49,536 nucleotides of DNA from Candidatus Woesearchaeota archaeon (GCA_038874655.1 JAVZBY010000001.1:1-49536); one strand, 5' to 3'. Positions 1 through 10,288 are shown, numbered from the stretch's first letter. Notes: generated from the letters alone by a model not told the origin. Translations and numbers: made by a program.

Positions 1-254
1 TCAGTTCCAACCATATTAAAAATAAAATGACCTATAATCATAGTCAAAACATAATAAGTAATCATTTGTTCAAATGTATAACCTAAAATAACTTCTCTGC
101 TTGAATAAACTGCTTTCCAAATAAAGTATGAAAGCAACAACATTAAAGGAGATATAACTATAGAAGACATAAACTGAAATCTATAATTGATTGAGGTCTT
201 AAACTGCCTTTTTACATAAGCAGAAAACTTATTAAAGTACTTTATATTAAACAT
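1..254 (-). CDS. ABC-2 family transporter permease (5' part; runs off the window)
   Basis: Hand translation, not in the ORF track: MFNIKYFNKFSAYVKRQFKTSINYRFQFMSSIVISPLMLLLSYFIWKAVYSSREVILGYTFEQMITYYVL..., with the 'YR...W.AVY...GY....MITY' pattern of DUF990-type ABC-2 permeases. Confidence 0.75.
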   Translation of the reverse strand, partial: MFNIKYFNKFSAYVKRQFKTSINYRFQFMSSIVISPLMLLLSYFIWKAVYSSREVILGYTFEQMITYYVLTMIIGHFIFNMVGT

Positions 255-338
255 AATAATTAAAAAATATCTTTGTTTTTAATTCTTTTTGGTTTTTTAA
301 AAATTTGTTTTTTAAATTCTGACCATTAAATAGAAAGA

Positions 339-373
339 TTTAAATATTAACTTTAGTTAAAATATTTTAACTA
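339..373 (+). promoter_or_regulatory. TATA box plus perfect 20-bp palindrome overlapping the start codon (probable autoregulatory operator)
   Basis: TTTAAATA at 339-346; TAGTTAAAAT|ATTTTAACTA at 354-373 ends on the A of the ATG; leaderless layout. Confidence 0.65.
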
Positions 374-924
374 TGGTAAATATAAATAAACACAAGTTAA
401 CATTACTGCAGCAAGAGATATTGAAATTATTATATAAAAAAGCAGGTTTATCTCTAAATCAAAGACAAATTGCAAAATCTCTTAATGTTAGTTCTCCTGC
501 TGTTTTAAAGGCTCTTCCTATATTGAAGAAATTAAATTATATAATTTATGAAAAAGACAAAGAAACTGGCAGAGTCTCAATAAAATTAAACTTAGAAAAT
601 AGAGATATCATTAATTATAAAAGAGCAGAAAATTTAAAACAAATTTATGAAAGTGGGTTATTTGATTGTCTTGAAAAAGAATTTCCAGGATCAACAATTA
701 TTTTATTTGGTTCATATTCAAGAGGAGATGATTTAGTAAATTCAGATATTGATATAGCAGTTATAAACACAGAAGAAAAAAAAATTAATTTATCAAAATT
801 TGAAAAAGTATTAGAAAGAAAAATAAATTTAAACTTTTTTGATTCATTTCAAAATATTAATAAATATTTAAAAGAAAATTTAGCTAATGGAATATTGTTA
901 GCAGGCGGTTTTGTGTTTAACTAA
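373..924 (+). CDS. wHTH-fused minimal nucleotidyltransferase (MNT antitoxin)
   Basis: N-terminal HTH (LNQRQIAKSLNVSSPAV); GSX10DXD motif FGSYSRGDDLVNSDID. Confidence 0.85.
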   Translation: MVNINKHKLTLLQQEILKLLYKKAGLSLNQRQIAKSLNVSSPAVLKALPILKKLNYIIYEKDKETGRVSIKLNLENRDIINYKRAENLKQIYESGLFDCLEKEFPGSTIILFGSYSRGDDLVNSDIDIAVINTEEKKINLSKFEKVLERKINLNFFDSFQNINKYLKENLANGILLAGGFVFN

Positions 925-965
925 TTTTTTAAAAAACAAACAAAACTTTTAAAAAGAGATATTAA

Positions 966-1397
966 ATGAAAAAATTTGATTATTTTATTGAAAATAGAAT
1001 TGTAAAAAAACAAAAGCCAGATATTTCAAGAGCTAATTATTTAATAGAGGAATCAGAAAAATCTTATAATCTTTTATTGAAAAAAATTGAAAAAATAGGC
1101 ATTGATGATGAATCTGCAAATGATTTTATTAAAACTTGTTATGATTTAATTATGGAACTAGTAAGAGCAAAAATGCTTATAGATGGCTATAATGCTTCAG
1201 GTCATGGTGCTCATGAGGCAGAAGTATCTTATTCTGAAAAACTAGGTTTAAGTGAAACTGAAATAAATTTTTTAGATCAATTAAGAAACTTTAGAAATGG
1301 AATTCTTTATTATGGCTCAAATCTAAAAAAAGAATATGCTGAAAAAGTTATTGACTTTACAAAAAAAATTTATTCTAAGATAAAATCTAACAATTAA
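966..1397 (+). CDS. HEPN-domain protein (partner of the MNT)
   Basis: 143 aa helical-looking protein directly after the MNT; HEPN-like LRNFRNGILYYG motif. Confidence 0.7.
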   Translation: MKKFDYFIENRIVKKQKPDISRANYLIEESEKSYNLLLKKIEKIGIDDESANDFIKTCYDLIMELVRAKMLIDGYNASGHGAHEAEVSYSEKLGLSETEINFLDQLRNFRNGILYYGSNLKKEYAEKVIDFTKKIYSKIKSNN

Positions 1398-1398
1398 A

Positions 1399-1917
1399 AT
1401 GTCATATTACAACTCAATCTCAACTGGCTACGAAGAACTCCATAAAGAAGAGCAATTAAAAAAAATAGCATTAATTAAAGAATATTTCAAAAGATATCCA
1501 GACTTTGAACCAAAAACAAATGATAAATTACTAGATGTTGGTTGTGGCACTGGTTTAACAACGATTCCTTGGAATTGTGAATTATATGGTATTGACCCAG
1601 CAAAAAAACTATTAGAGCGTGCACATAAATTAGGAGAGAATAATAAAAAGATTATATACAAGCAAGCACAAGCAGAAAATATCCCTTATCCAGATAATTA
1701 TTTTGACTTTGTTATATCAATAACAGCAATTCAAAACTTTGAAGATATTGAAAAAGGTCTAAGCGAAATAAAACGAGTTGGCAAAAAAAAATTTATATTA
1801 AGCTTTTTAAAAAAATCAAAAAAATCAGATTTTATAAAAAAATTAATATATGATCTTTTTAAAGTAAAAATTGAAATTGAGGAACAGAAAGATAAAATTT
1901 TCTTTTGTGAAAAATAA
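1399..1917 (+). CDS. Class I SAM-dependent methyltransferase
   Basis: LLDVGCGTG motif I, GID, AENIPYPDNYFDFV. Confidence 0.9.
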   Translation: MSYYNSISTGYEELHKEEQLKKIALIKEYFKRYPDFEPKTNDKLLDVGCGTGLTTIPWNCELYGIDPAKKLLERAHKLGENNKKIIYKQAQAENIPYPDNYFDFVISITAIQNFEDIEKGLSEIKRVGKKKFILSFLKKSKKSDFIKKLIYDLFKVKIEIEEQKDKIFFCEK

Positions 1918-2066
1918 TATTTATAAACTTTAAATAAAATTTACAATTAAATGATATCTCCTTTTGTTTAATTCTATTTTTATAATTATAATATAGTATT
2001 CAGAAAAAATACCAAAACGATAATTTTATATATTTTAATATATTATCATATTATATGGTGTTATAA

Positions 2067-2237
2067 ATGGTTAAAATTCAACTAGATTTAAGTGAAGAAG
2101 AAGATAAAATTGTAGAAATTTACAAATTAGTGAATAATTTCAAAACAAAACAAGAAGCTATAAAACAAATGATTGCATATTTTAAAGCAGAAATAAAACC
2201 AAAAAATCTGAAAGAAAAAGATTATTTTTCAATATAG
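2067..2237 (+). CDS. Small ribbon-helix-helix-like protein (DUF2683-like), 56 aa
   Basis: Below the ORF-track cutoff: MVKIQLDLSEEEDKIVEIYKLVNNFKTKQEAIKQMIAYFKAEIKPKNLKEKDYFSI; SD GGTG at 2057-2060; TATA-like TTTTATATA upstream. Confidence 0.65.
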   Translation: MVKIQLDLSEEEDKIVEIYKLVNNFKTKQEAIKQMIAYFKAEIKPKNLKEKDYFSI

Positions 2238-2249
2238 GAGGAATAAAAA

Positions 2250-2861
2250 ATGGAAATTTCAACAATTATTTTGATTGGTGTAGGAACAATCTTGTTTATT
2301 TCTTTATATTCATTGATAATAAATTGGATAATTATCTATAATAAATTTATTTATTGGAGAAATAAACTTGATGAGAGATTTGCAGGTATAGATGTAATAA
2401 TGCAAAGGAGATTGGATATGATATCTGCATTAGCGCAGGTTGCAAAAAAATATAGTATTCATGAATATAAAACAATAAAAGAGACTATTGAAGCAAGGAG
2501 CAGATGGACAAAAGATACACCCCTTAATGATAAAATTCAAGCAATTGAAGATATAGAAAACAATTTCATTAAGATCCAAACTATTTTTGAAAAATATCCA
2601 AAAGTTAAAGCAGATAAATTATATCAACAAATTATGGGACATGGTAATATAAGTAATATAGAAAAAAAGTTAGAACATTTTAGATTAAATTATAATAATG
2701 TAGTTAGAAATTATAATGAAAGAGTTCAAAGATTTCCAAGAAATATTGTAGCTAAAGTCCATGGTTTTAAACCTGCAAATTATTTAAGACTAGGCAATAG
2801 TATTAATCAAGAAACACATGAAAATTATAATCCAAAAAAAATTTTCAGCGATATAGAATGA
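2250..2861 (+). CDS. lemA: LemA family protein
   Basis: N-terminal TM; IDVIMQRRLDMI, EKYPKVKAD, YNNVVRNYNERVQRFPRNIVA; SD GGAGG. Confidence 0.85.
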   Translation: MEISTIILIGVGTILFISLYSLIINWIIIYNKFIYWRNKLDERFAGIDVIMQRRLDMISALAQVAKKYSIHEYKTIKETIEARSRWTKDTPLNDKIQAIEDIENNFIKIQTIFEKYPKVKADKLYQQIMGHGNISNIEKKLEHFRLNYNNVVRNYNERVQRFPRNIVAKVHGFKPANYLRLGNSINQETHENYNPKKIFSDIE

Positions 2862-3556
2862 CACTATATTTAATTGAATTTAGATTTCATGGATATGCAA
2901 AAAGGTATGCTAAAAATATAATTTATGATGTTGCAAAAAAATTTAAAGTAAAAGGTGTTACTAGAAAAAGAGCAGTACCACATATGACTCTTTTTGGACC
3001 TTTTTCAACTAATAATGAAATAAATGTCATTAAAACTATTTTAAATGTTTGTAGAAAATATCAAATTATTTCTTTTAGGATAAAAGGTTTTAATTATTTT
3101 GATAGTTGGGCAAATAAAGTTATTTTTTTAGATATTGTTCCTTCAAAAGAGCTTAAAGAATTAAGATGGGAGCTAGCAAAAAAATTAAGGACTATTGTAT
3201 ATACATTATCTGAGTTTGATAAAAAAAAAGAATTTTTTTTTCATGCAACTATAGCATTCAAAGATATCGATACTAAATTTGATAAGATATGGAAATATAT
3301 TAAAAACAAAGAAGAACCAAATATTAATCAAAAATTACTTAGAATAACAATTGTTAAAAATGGAAAGATTCTTTGCGAATATGATTTTATACAAAAAAAG
3401 CTTTTAAATAGAAAAGAAGCACTTAGTAAAAAAGAGTGGCTTAAAACAATAAATAAATATAAACAATTAAACTTTGATGCTAAAAATTATTTAACAAAAG
3501 AAATTACACTTTTTGATAAAATAAAATCTTTCTTTGAAATTATACTTAAAAGATAA
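2858..3556 (+). CDS. 2H phosphoesterase (2'-5' RNA ligase superfamily)
   Basis: Two HxT motifs (PHMTL, FHATI); ATGA overlap with lemA. Confidence 0.85.
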   Translation: MTLYLIEFRFHGYAKRYAKNIIYDVAKKFKVKGVTRKRAVPHMTLFGPFSTNNEINVIKTILNVCRKYQIISFRIKGFNYFDSWANKVIFLDIVPSKELKELRWELAKKLRTIVYTLSEFDKKKEFFFHATIAFKDIDTKFDKIWKYIKNKEEPNINQKLLRITIVKNGKILCEYDFIQKKLLNRKEALSKKEWLKTINKYKQLNFDAKNYLTKEITLFDKIKSFFEIILKR

Positions 3557-3671
3557 ACCTATTTTTCTTTCTTTAATTTTTGTTTCATTCTAAACATCAA
3601 AATTATATTATAACTTTATTAACTGATTTTTTTAATTTCTTTTATGTTTTTAAAAAAGTTTGTTTAATTTT

Positions 3672-3967
3672 TTAATATATTATTTCTGCACATCTTTTAC
3701 ATGTTTCCCAATACAATTCTCTTAATTTAACAATAATAGGATTATTGTAATTTAATTTAAACATTCTTGCTTTTCCTACTTTTCTTGTCATTATCACAAT
3801 TTTTTCTTTTTCTAGTTTTTTCCAAAATAGTTTTAATGTAGAATATCCAATTCCAGAATATTTAACAATATCAACCATGCTGTAATCAAAATCCTCATTT
3901 ACAATTAAAAAATCAAAGACCCTTAAAATAGGCTATCTCCAAATGTATTTAAAAAAACGCTTTTCAT
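3672..3967 (-). pseudogene. Frameshifted winged-helix DNA-binding protein
   Basis: One extra C at ~3931-3932 joins MKSVFLNTFGDS(P) to ILRVFDFLIVNEDFDYS-MVDIVKYSGIGYSTLK...; span is 296 nt, one base short of 99 codons. Confidence 0.7.
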
Positions 3968-4064
3968 AAACTAAAGAAATTTTTTAGTGTTAATAATTTT
4001 TCTAAATAAATATGAATCTAGTAAAATCATTATCTATTTAAACAAATAAAATTTTATTTTTTTA

Positions 4065-4598
4065 ATGAAAATCACTATCTCAGGAACAGCAGGAAGTGGA
4101 AAATCAACTTTAGCAAAAATGTTAGCAGAGAAATTAAATTATAAGTATTATTCAATGGGCTATATTCAAAGACAAGTTGCAAAAAAGAAAAATGTTTCTA
4201 TTGAGGAATTAGCAGAATTAGAAAAAACAGATCCTAGTATTGATATAATGATAGATGAAACACAAAAAAAATTAAATAAAAAAAATAACTTTGTTTTAGA
4301 TTCGTGGCTAGGGTTTTATTTTTTACCAGATGCTTTTAAAATTTTTATCACAGCAGATATAAAAACAAGAGCAAAGAGAATACTAAATAGAGAGCCAGAA
4401 AACTATAAAAATTTAAAAGATGCAATAAAAAAAATTAAACAAAGGGAAAAAGCAAATAGAGAAAGATGGCTTAAATTATATAAAATTGACTTTTTAAAAG
4501 AAAAAAATTATGATTTATTTCTTGATACCACAAATATAAATCAAGAGGAAGCACTAAATATAGTTTATAAAAAAATAAAGAAATTTATAAAAAAATAA
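4065..4598 (+). CDS. cmk: Cytidylate kinase, archaeal type
   Basis: MKITISGTAGSGKST P-loop; typical length and layout. Confidence 0.85.
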   Translation: MKITISGTAGSGKSTLAKMLAEKLNYKYYSMGYIQRQVAKKKNVSIEELAELEKTDPSIDIMIDETQKKLNKKNNFVLDSWLGFYFLPDAFKIFITADIKTRAKRILNREPENYKNLKDAIKKIKQREKANRERWLKLYKIDFLKEKNYDLFLDTTNINQEEALNIVYKKIKKFIKK

Positions 4599-4626
4599 AA
4601 AATTATTATTATCTAAAAATTTTTAT

Positions 4627-7182
4627 TTAAATCTCATCCAATCTTAATTGTCTAGATTTAATTAAATTATTAACTTCTTCTACCTCTTTTCTTAATTTAT
4701 CTTTATTTCTTATTTTCTTTGTCTCTATTATTATTTTTGCACTAATCTCATCATCTTTTTCTAATTTAAATTGTATTTCTTTGCTTCTATCTACAACTTC
4801 TTTAGGCATGCCAGCTAATTTTGCTACATGGATTCCATAACTTTTATCAGTGCCGCCTTCTAGGATTTTTCTTAAAAATATTATTTTGTCTTCTTTTTCC
4901 AAAACAGCAATGTTATAATTCTTTATTCCTTTTATTTCTTTTTCTAAATTATTTAAAACATGATAATGTGTTGCAAACAATGTTTTTGCCTTTATCTTTT
5001 TAGCAATATACTCAGCAACAGCCCAAGCAATTGCAACACCATCATAAGTGCTTGTTCCTCTTCCAATTTCATCCATTATAATTAAAGATCTTTCATCAGC
5101 ACTATTTAATATCTGAGCTGTTTCTAGCATTTCAACCATAAAAGTACTTTGACCTCTAGATATATCGTCACTAGCTCCTGTTCTACAAAATAATTTATCC
5201 ACAATACCTATATGGGCTTCTTCACATGGAACAAAACAACCTATTTGAGCCATTATGACATTTAAAGCAACTTGTCTCATAAAAACACTTTTTCCAGCCA
5301 TGTTTGGCCCAGTTATAATCATCATTCTATTTTCTTCAGTAATATTTACATCATTACTAACAAAATTTTCAAATTGTTCTATAACAGGATGTCTTGATTT
5401 TTTTAATTTTATATCAAATTCATTATTCACATAAGGCTTTGTATAATTGTTTTTTAATGAAACATATGCAAAAGAACATAAAACATCAAGTAAAGCAATA
5501 TCTTCTGAAATTTCCTGTAATTTTGTAATATTTCTTTTTATCTCATTAATTAAGTCATTAAATAACTTTTTTTCAATTTCAATAATTTTTTCATCAGCAC
5601 TTAAAATTTCTTCTTCTAATTTTTTCAATTCATCTGTAATATATCTTTCACTATTAACTAATGTTTGTTTCTTTATATAATCTTTTGGAACCAAGTCCAA
5701 ATTTGATTTTGTAATATCAATATAATATCCAAAAACTTGGTTATATCTTATTTTCAAAGATTTTATTCCAGTTCTTTCTCTTTCTTTTTGTTCAATTGCT
5801 AAAATATGTTTCTTTGCATTATTTGATATATCTCTAAGTTTATCTAATTCCTCATTAAAGCCCTCTCTAATCACATTCCCTTCATCCAAACTGGAAGAGG
5901 GTTCATCAGCAATAGCTTTATCAATTAAATTTGCTAATTCATGCAAATCATCCATCTTTGATATTTTAATTAGTAAATCTGAGTTAAATTCAATTAAAAT
6001 TTTTTTAATTTCAGGAATCAATGATAAAGAACCTTCTAATGAAATAACATCTCTAGGGGATATATTTCCAAAATTTGCTTTTGAAATTAATCTGTCTATA
6101 TCTGAAAAATTTTTAAGTAAATTTCTCAATTCATCTAATAAAAAAGGTCTTAAAATTAAATCCTCAACTGCTAAAATTCTTTCATTAATCTTTGAAACAT
6201 CTTTTAATGGAGACATTAAAATCTTTTTTAATAATCTTGAACCCATGTTAGTTAAAGTTTTATCCAAAACATAAATTAAAGAACCCTTAGAATTATTGCT
6301 CTTACTTTTAAACAATTCTAAATTATCAATAGTTATGCTATCCATTTGCATAAATTCACTATCAGATAAAATCTTTATGAATTTAATATGACTTAAAACA
6401 TTTTTTTGAGTTTCATTAACATAATTCAATAAAGAACCAGCACAGCTTACAAGTAATTCTTTATCTTTTAATCCTAATCCTTCAAGAGAAGCCAAATTAA
6501 AATTTTTCATTAAAGTTTCTTTTGCATTCTCTTGGTAAAAATTAAAATCAGAATAAAATGTAATAAAGAATTTTTCTTTTAATCTTTTTATTTTTTCATC
6601 TTTTTCATAACTACTAGGAACTAAAATTTCAGCAGGTTGTATCTTCAATAAAAAATCAAAAACTTCTTCAAACAAATTATTCTCAGAATTATTAGAATAA
6701 TTTTTCAAAAATTCCTTTCCAAAAAAATCACCAGTAGTAATATCTAAAAAAGCAAATGCATGTTTTTCATCTTTAGCGTCTTTTACATAACTATAAGAAC
6801 AAATAAAATTATTTTGTATTCCTAAAATCTTTTCTTCAATAATAGTTCCAGGTGTTACAACTCTGACAACATCCCTTTTTACCACACCTTTAGCAAATTT
6901 GGGATCTTCTAATTGCTCAACTATAACTACTTTATAACCCTGTTTAATCATTTTTGATAAATAAGATTCTAAAGCATGATAAGGAATTCCAGCTAAAGGA
7001 ATTTCTCTATCACTATTTTTAATTCCTCTTCTAGTTAATGCAATATCTAAAACTTGTGAAGTAATTTTAGCATCATCATAAAATGTTTCATAGAAATCAC
7101 CCATTCTAAAAAAAACTATACAATCTCTATACTTATTTTTTATTTCCATATATTGTTTCATTGCAGGAGTCAAATCTTCCAT
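4627..7182 (-). CDS. mutS: DNA mismatch repair protein MutS (MutS1)
   Basis: TPAMKQY, FFRMGDFYE, GPNMAGKS, STFMVEM, DEIGRGT, SYGIHVAKLAG. Confidence 0.97.
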   Translation of the reverse strand: MEDLTPAMKQYMEIKNKYRDCIVFFRMGDFYETFYDDAKITSQVLDIALTRRGIKNSDREIPLAGIPYHALESYLSKMIKQGYKVVIVEQLEDPKFAKGVVKRDVVRVVTPGTIIEEKILGIQNNFICSYSYVKDAKDEKHAFAFLDITTGDFFGKEFLKNYSNNSENNLFEEVFDFLLKIQPAEILVPSSYEKDEKIKRLKEKFFITFYSDFNFYQENAKETLMKNFNLASLEGLGLKDKELLVSCAGSLLNYVNETQKNVLSHIKFIKILSDSEFMQMDSITIDNLELFKSKSNNSKGSLIYVLDKTLTNMGSRLLKKILMSPLKDVSKINERILAVEDLILRPFLLDELRNLLKNFSDIDRLISKANFGNISPRDVISLEGSLSLIPEIKKILIEFNSDLLIKISKMDDLHELANLIDKAIADEPSSSLDEGNVIREGFNEELDKLRDISNNAKKHILAIEQKERERTGIKSLKIRYNQVFGYYIDITKSNLDLVPKDYIKKQTLVNSERYITDELKKLEEEILSADEKIIEIEKKLFNDLINEIKRNITKLQEISEDIALLDVLCSFAYVSLKNNYTKPYVNNEFDIKLKKSRHPVIEQFENFVSNDVNITEENRMMIITGPNMAGKSVFMRQVALNVIMAQIGCFVPCEEAHIGIVDKLFCRTGASDDISRGQSTFMVEMLETAQILNSADERSLIIMDEIGRGTSTYDGVAIAWAVAEYIAKKIKAKTLFATHYHVLNNLEKEIKGIKNYNIAVLEKEDKIIFLRKILEGGTDKSYGIHVAKLAGMPKEVVDRSKEIQFKLEKDDEISAKIIIETKKIRNKDKLRKEVEEVNNLIKSRQLRLDEI

Positions 7183-7517
7183 TTTTACGATACTTTTGTG
7201 CTTTTGAATTTTTTATGCATCTAATTTAAAATTTGAAAATTTAAAAAATGAAATAAAATTTAAAGTTATATCTTTTTTTCTAATTAATGAAATTAGATAT
7301 AAGAAAGAATCGATTGACCTTTGCTTAATAAATACTTAATTAAGCACTTCTTTAATAAAAATATATTCTAATATATACACTATATATTTTATTGCGTCAA
7401 TATTATACAATATAATAAACTTTATAAATATCCAAAATTTTTTCTGAAACATTTTCATTTATTAAAAAAATTTTTTATAAATTTCAATTTTTATTATATT
7501 ACGATTAGGTGTGGGAA

Positions 7518-7883
7518 ATGCATTCAGAACATAAAGAAAATACTAATTCAAAAACAGATTTTGATATATTCTCTGAAGAAATAAAAAAATTGGAATTAGA
7601 TGCAGAAAATATAATAAATGAAGCATACAGAAAAAAAGAAGAATTTATAGCAAAAGCAAAAACAGAATCTATTGAATTAATAAAGAAAAAAGAAGCAGAA
7701 TACTTAGAAAAGAAACATGAATATTTAGAAAAAGAAAAAAAGTTATTAGATGATGAAAAAGAAAAAAAGTTAAAAAATAGCGAAAAAGAACTTAAAGATT
7801 TAGAAACTAAAGCAATTAAAAAAATAGATTCTGCTGCTAAATATGTTATTGAATTAATGAATAATGAAATAGACAATATATAA
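7518..7883 (+). CDS. atpH: A-type ATP synthase subunit H (peripheral stalk)
   Basis: Charged coiled coil, first in the operon; ATG at 7518 after GGTG preferred to the track's 7509. Confidence 0.7.
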   Translation: MHSEHKENTNSKTDFDIFSEEIKKLELDAENIINEAYRKKEEFIAKAKTESIELIKKKEAEYLEKKHEYLEKEKKLLDDEKEKKLKNSEKELKDLETKAIKKIDSAAKYVIELMNNEIDNI

Positions 7884-7955
7884 AATTTGTATTTGATTTT
7901 GCTTAAATAATAAAATTTTGATTAAAAAATTCAAAAAAATAATCAGTGATAAAAG

Positions 7956-9956
7956 ATGATAAAACCAAAACCAATGTATAGAGTTACTATTTTAGCACCT
8001 AAATTATATATGAAAGAAATAATTGAATCAATGTACAATTTAAATGTTGTCCATATTGAAGAACATACTAAAAATGAAGTATTTGACATTGGAAAACCAT
8101 TAGAAAATAATGAGAAAAATGCAGAAATCTTAGTAAAATTAAGGTCATTAATATCAAATCTTAAAATAACAGGTTCAATAAATCCATCAAAGAAATCTTT
8201 TGATACTATTTCAGATGAAACAAATAAACTATATGATGAATATGTTAGATTAATAAACAAAAAAGAATATTATCAAGGTTTAAAAAAAATTTATACAAAA
8301 AATAAAAAAAAAGGTTTTTCTAAGATTTTAAATAATTTTAAATTTGAACAAGAAAATGGTTTCTCTAATGAAAATTATATCCATTATATAGGTTTTATTA
8401 ATTCGCAAGCTGAAAAATTTAAAGAAAAACTTGATATAGAAATTAAAAAATATTTCTTATTTAATACAAATTATGAAAATTTAAACTTAATTGCATTATT
8501 TATTGAAAAAAATAAAAAAGAAAAGACAGAGATATTGTTAGAAAATTTTGATTTTTCACCAATAGAACAGCCGCATATAAAAGTTGCATTTCCAAAATTA
8601 AAATCCAAATCAGGGATAAAATTTGTAAAATTAAATTATCAATTAGAAAAAATAAATGCAAAATTAAAAGAGGTTGATTCTGAAATACAGCAATTTAAAA
8701 TCAAAAACACAGAATTTTTGCTTTCTGCTGAAAAAGCATTGAGAATTGAATCAGAGAAAGCTGAAGTCCCTTTAAAATTTGGAGAAACAAAAAACACTTT
8801 CTTAGTAAAAGGATATGTGCCTGTTGAAAATAAAGAAAAGTTAGAGAAAAAATTATTAGAGATTACAAAAGGAAGTATAATGATTAAATTTGAGAAGCCA
8901 AATAAATCAGAAAATGTGCCAACAGCATATAATCATCCAAAGATTGTAGAGCCATTTGAAGCATTTATGGATTTATATACCATTCCAAAATACAAAGAAA
9001 TAGATCCAACATTTTTCATGTTTTTAACATTCCCTATATTTTTTGGATTTATGTTAGGAGATGTAGGTTATGGTTTAGTCACATTAACTTTATTTTTATT
9101 TTTAAGAGCAAAAATGCCTGGTGCAAAAAACCTTCTAAATGCATTTATAATAGCTTCCATTTCATCTATATTTTTTGGTATTATTTTTGGTGAGTATTTT
9201 GGTTTTGAAGAACTTCCACATTCTTTAGGAGAATCATTACAACATAGTTTACCAAAGAGTTTTATTGACACATGGCACATGAAACCAATTGAAAAAGGTC
9301 ATGGTAGTAAAGAACTAATATATCCAACACCACATTTATTTTCAAGAAGCCATGGAATTACAGAATTATTGTCAATGGCAGTACTTTTTGGTATTGTCCA
9401 TATACTAATTGGTTTCATAATAGGTTTCATAAATATTTATAATGCACATGGTTTAAAACATGCTATTTTTGAAAAAGGTGGCTGGATATTAATATTGCCA
9501 ATGATAGTTTGGATTTTGATGGAACCATTAGGCATAATAAAAGGATTTGTTTATGATATGCTGAAAATAATAATTCCACCTTTCACTATTCTGATTGGTT
9601 TATTTATTTTAGGAGCAATATTAACTATTATAGGTGAAGGCGTCCAAGGTGCAATTGAAGTTTTATTTTTGTCATTAATGTCAAACATCTTATCTTATGC
9701 TAGATTAATGGCTGTAGGTTTAGCTTCATTAAGCTTGGCTGTTGTAGTAAATGATTTAGCAACTGAAATGTTTAGAAGTGGAATTGTAGGAATATTAATG
9801 GGTATTATTATATTACTATTAGGTCATGGAATAAATATAGCTTTGGGAATTTTAAGTCCATTTTTACATTCACTAAGATTACATTATGTTGAATTTTTTG
9901 GTAAATTTTTCAAAGGTGGCGGAAAAAAATTCAAGCCATTTGGTTTGAAGGATTAA
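7956..9956 (+). CDS. atpI: A-type ATP synthase subunit I (a)
   Basis: PKYKEIDPT, FFGFMLGDVGYG, essential Arg in LSYARL, LRLHYVEFF. Confidence 0.97.
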   Translation: MIKPKPMYRVTILAPKLYMKEIIESMYNLNVVHIEEHTKNEVFDIGKPLENNEKNAEILVKLRSLISNLKITGSINPSKKSFDTISDETNKLYDEYVRLINKKEYYQGLKKIYTKNKKKGFSKILNNFKFEQENGFSNENYIHYIGFINSQAEKFKEKLDIEIKKYFLFNTNYENLNLIALFIEKNKKEKTEILLENFDFSPIEQPHIKVAFPKLKSKSGIKFVKLNYQLEKINAKLKEVDSEIQQFKIKNTEFLLSAEKALRIESEKAEVPLKFGETKNTFLVKGYVPVENKEKLEKKLLEITKGSIMIKFEKPNKSENVPTAYNHPKIVEPFEAFMDLYTIPKYKEIDPTFFMFLTFPIFFGFMLGDVGYGLVTLTLFLFLRAKMPGAKNLLNAFIIASISSIFFGIIFGEYFGFEELPHSLGESLQHSLPKSFIDTWHMKPIEKGHGSKELIYPTPHLFSRSHGITELLSMAVLFGIVHILIGFIIGFINIYNAHGLKHAIFEKGGWILILPMIVWILMEPLGIIKGFVYDMLKIIIPPFTILIGLFILGAILTIIGEGVQGAIEVLFLSLMSNILSYARLMAVGLASLSLAVVVNDLATEMFRSGIVGILMGIIILLLGHGINIALGILSPFLHSLRLHYVEFFGKFFKGGGKKFKPFGLKD

Positions 9957-10048
9957 TTACTCAGATATAATTTAATGCTCAATTAGTATTTAATTTATAT
10001 AAAAAATAAAAAAAAAGACAATCAAAAATTCAATTGGAGGTAAAAAAA

Positions 10049-10288
10049 ATGGTAGAAGTTAGTGTAGGTTTAGGTTTAATTGGAATAGCAGCATCATTAG
10101 CTGTTGGAATAACTGCTATTGCAACAGGAATTGCAGAAAAAGCGATTGGAACTGCTGCTGTTGGTGCAATGGCTGAAAAAGAAGAATTATTCGGTAAAGG
10201 ATTAATTTTAACAGTTATTCCCGAGTCATTAGTTATCTTTGGATTAGTAGTTGCTATTCTTATATTAGGATTAGCATCAGGCGCTTAA
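10049..10288 (+). CDS. atpK: A-type ATP synthase subunit K (c), single hairpin
   Basis: Two TM helices with IPES carboxylate; ATG at 10049 follows SD GGAGG. Confidence 0.95.
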   Translation: MVEVSVGLGLIGIAASLAVGITAIATGIAEKAIGTAAVGAMAEKEELFGKGLILTVIPESLVIFGLVVAILILGLASGA

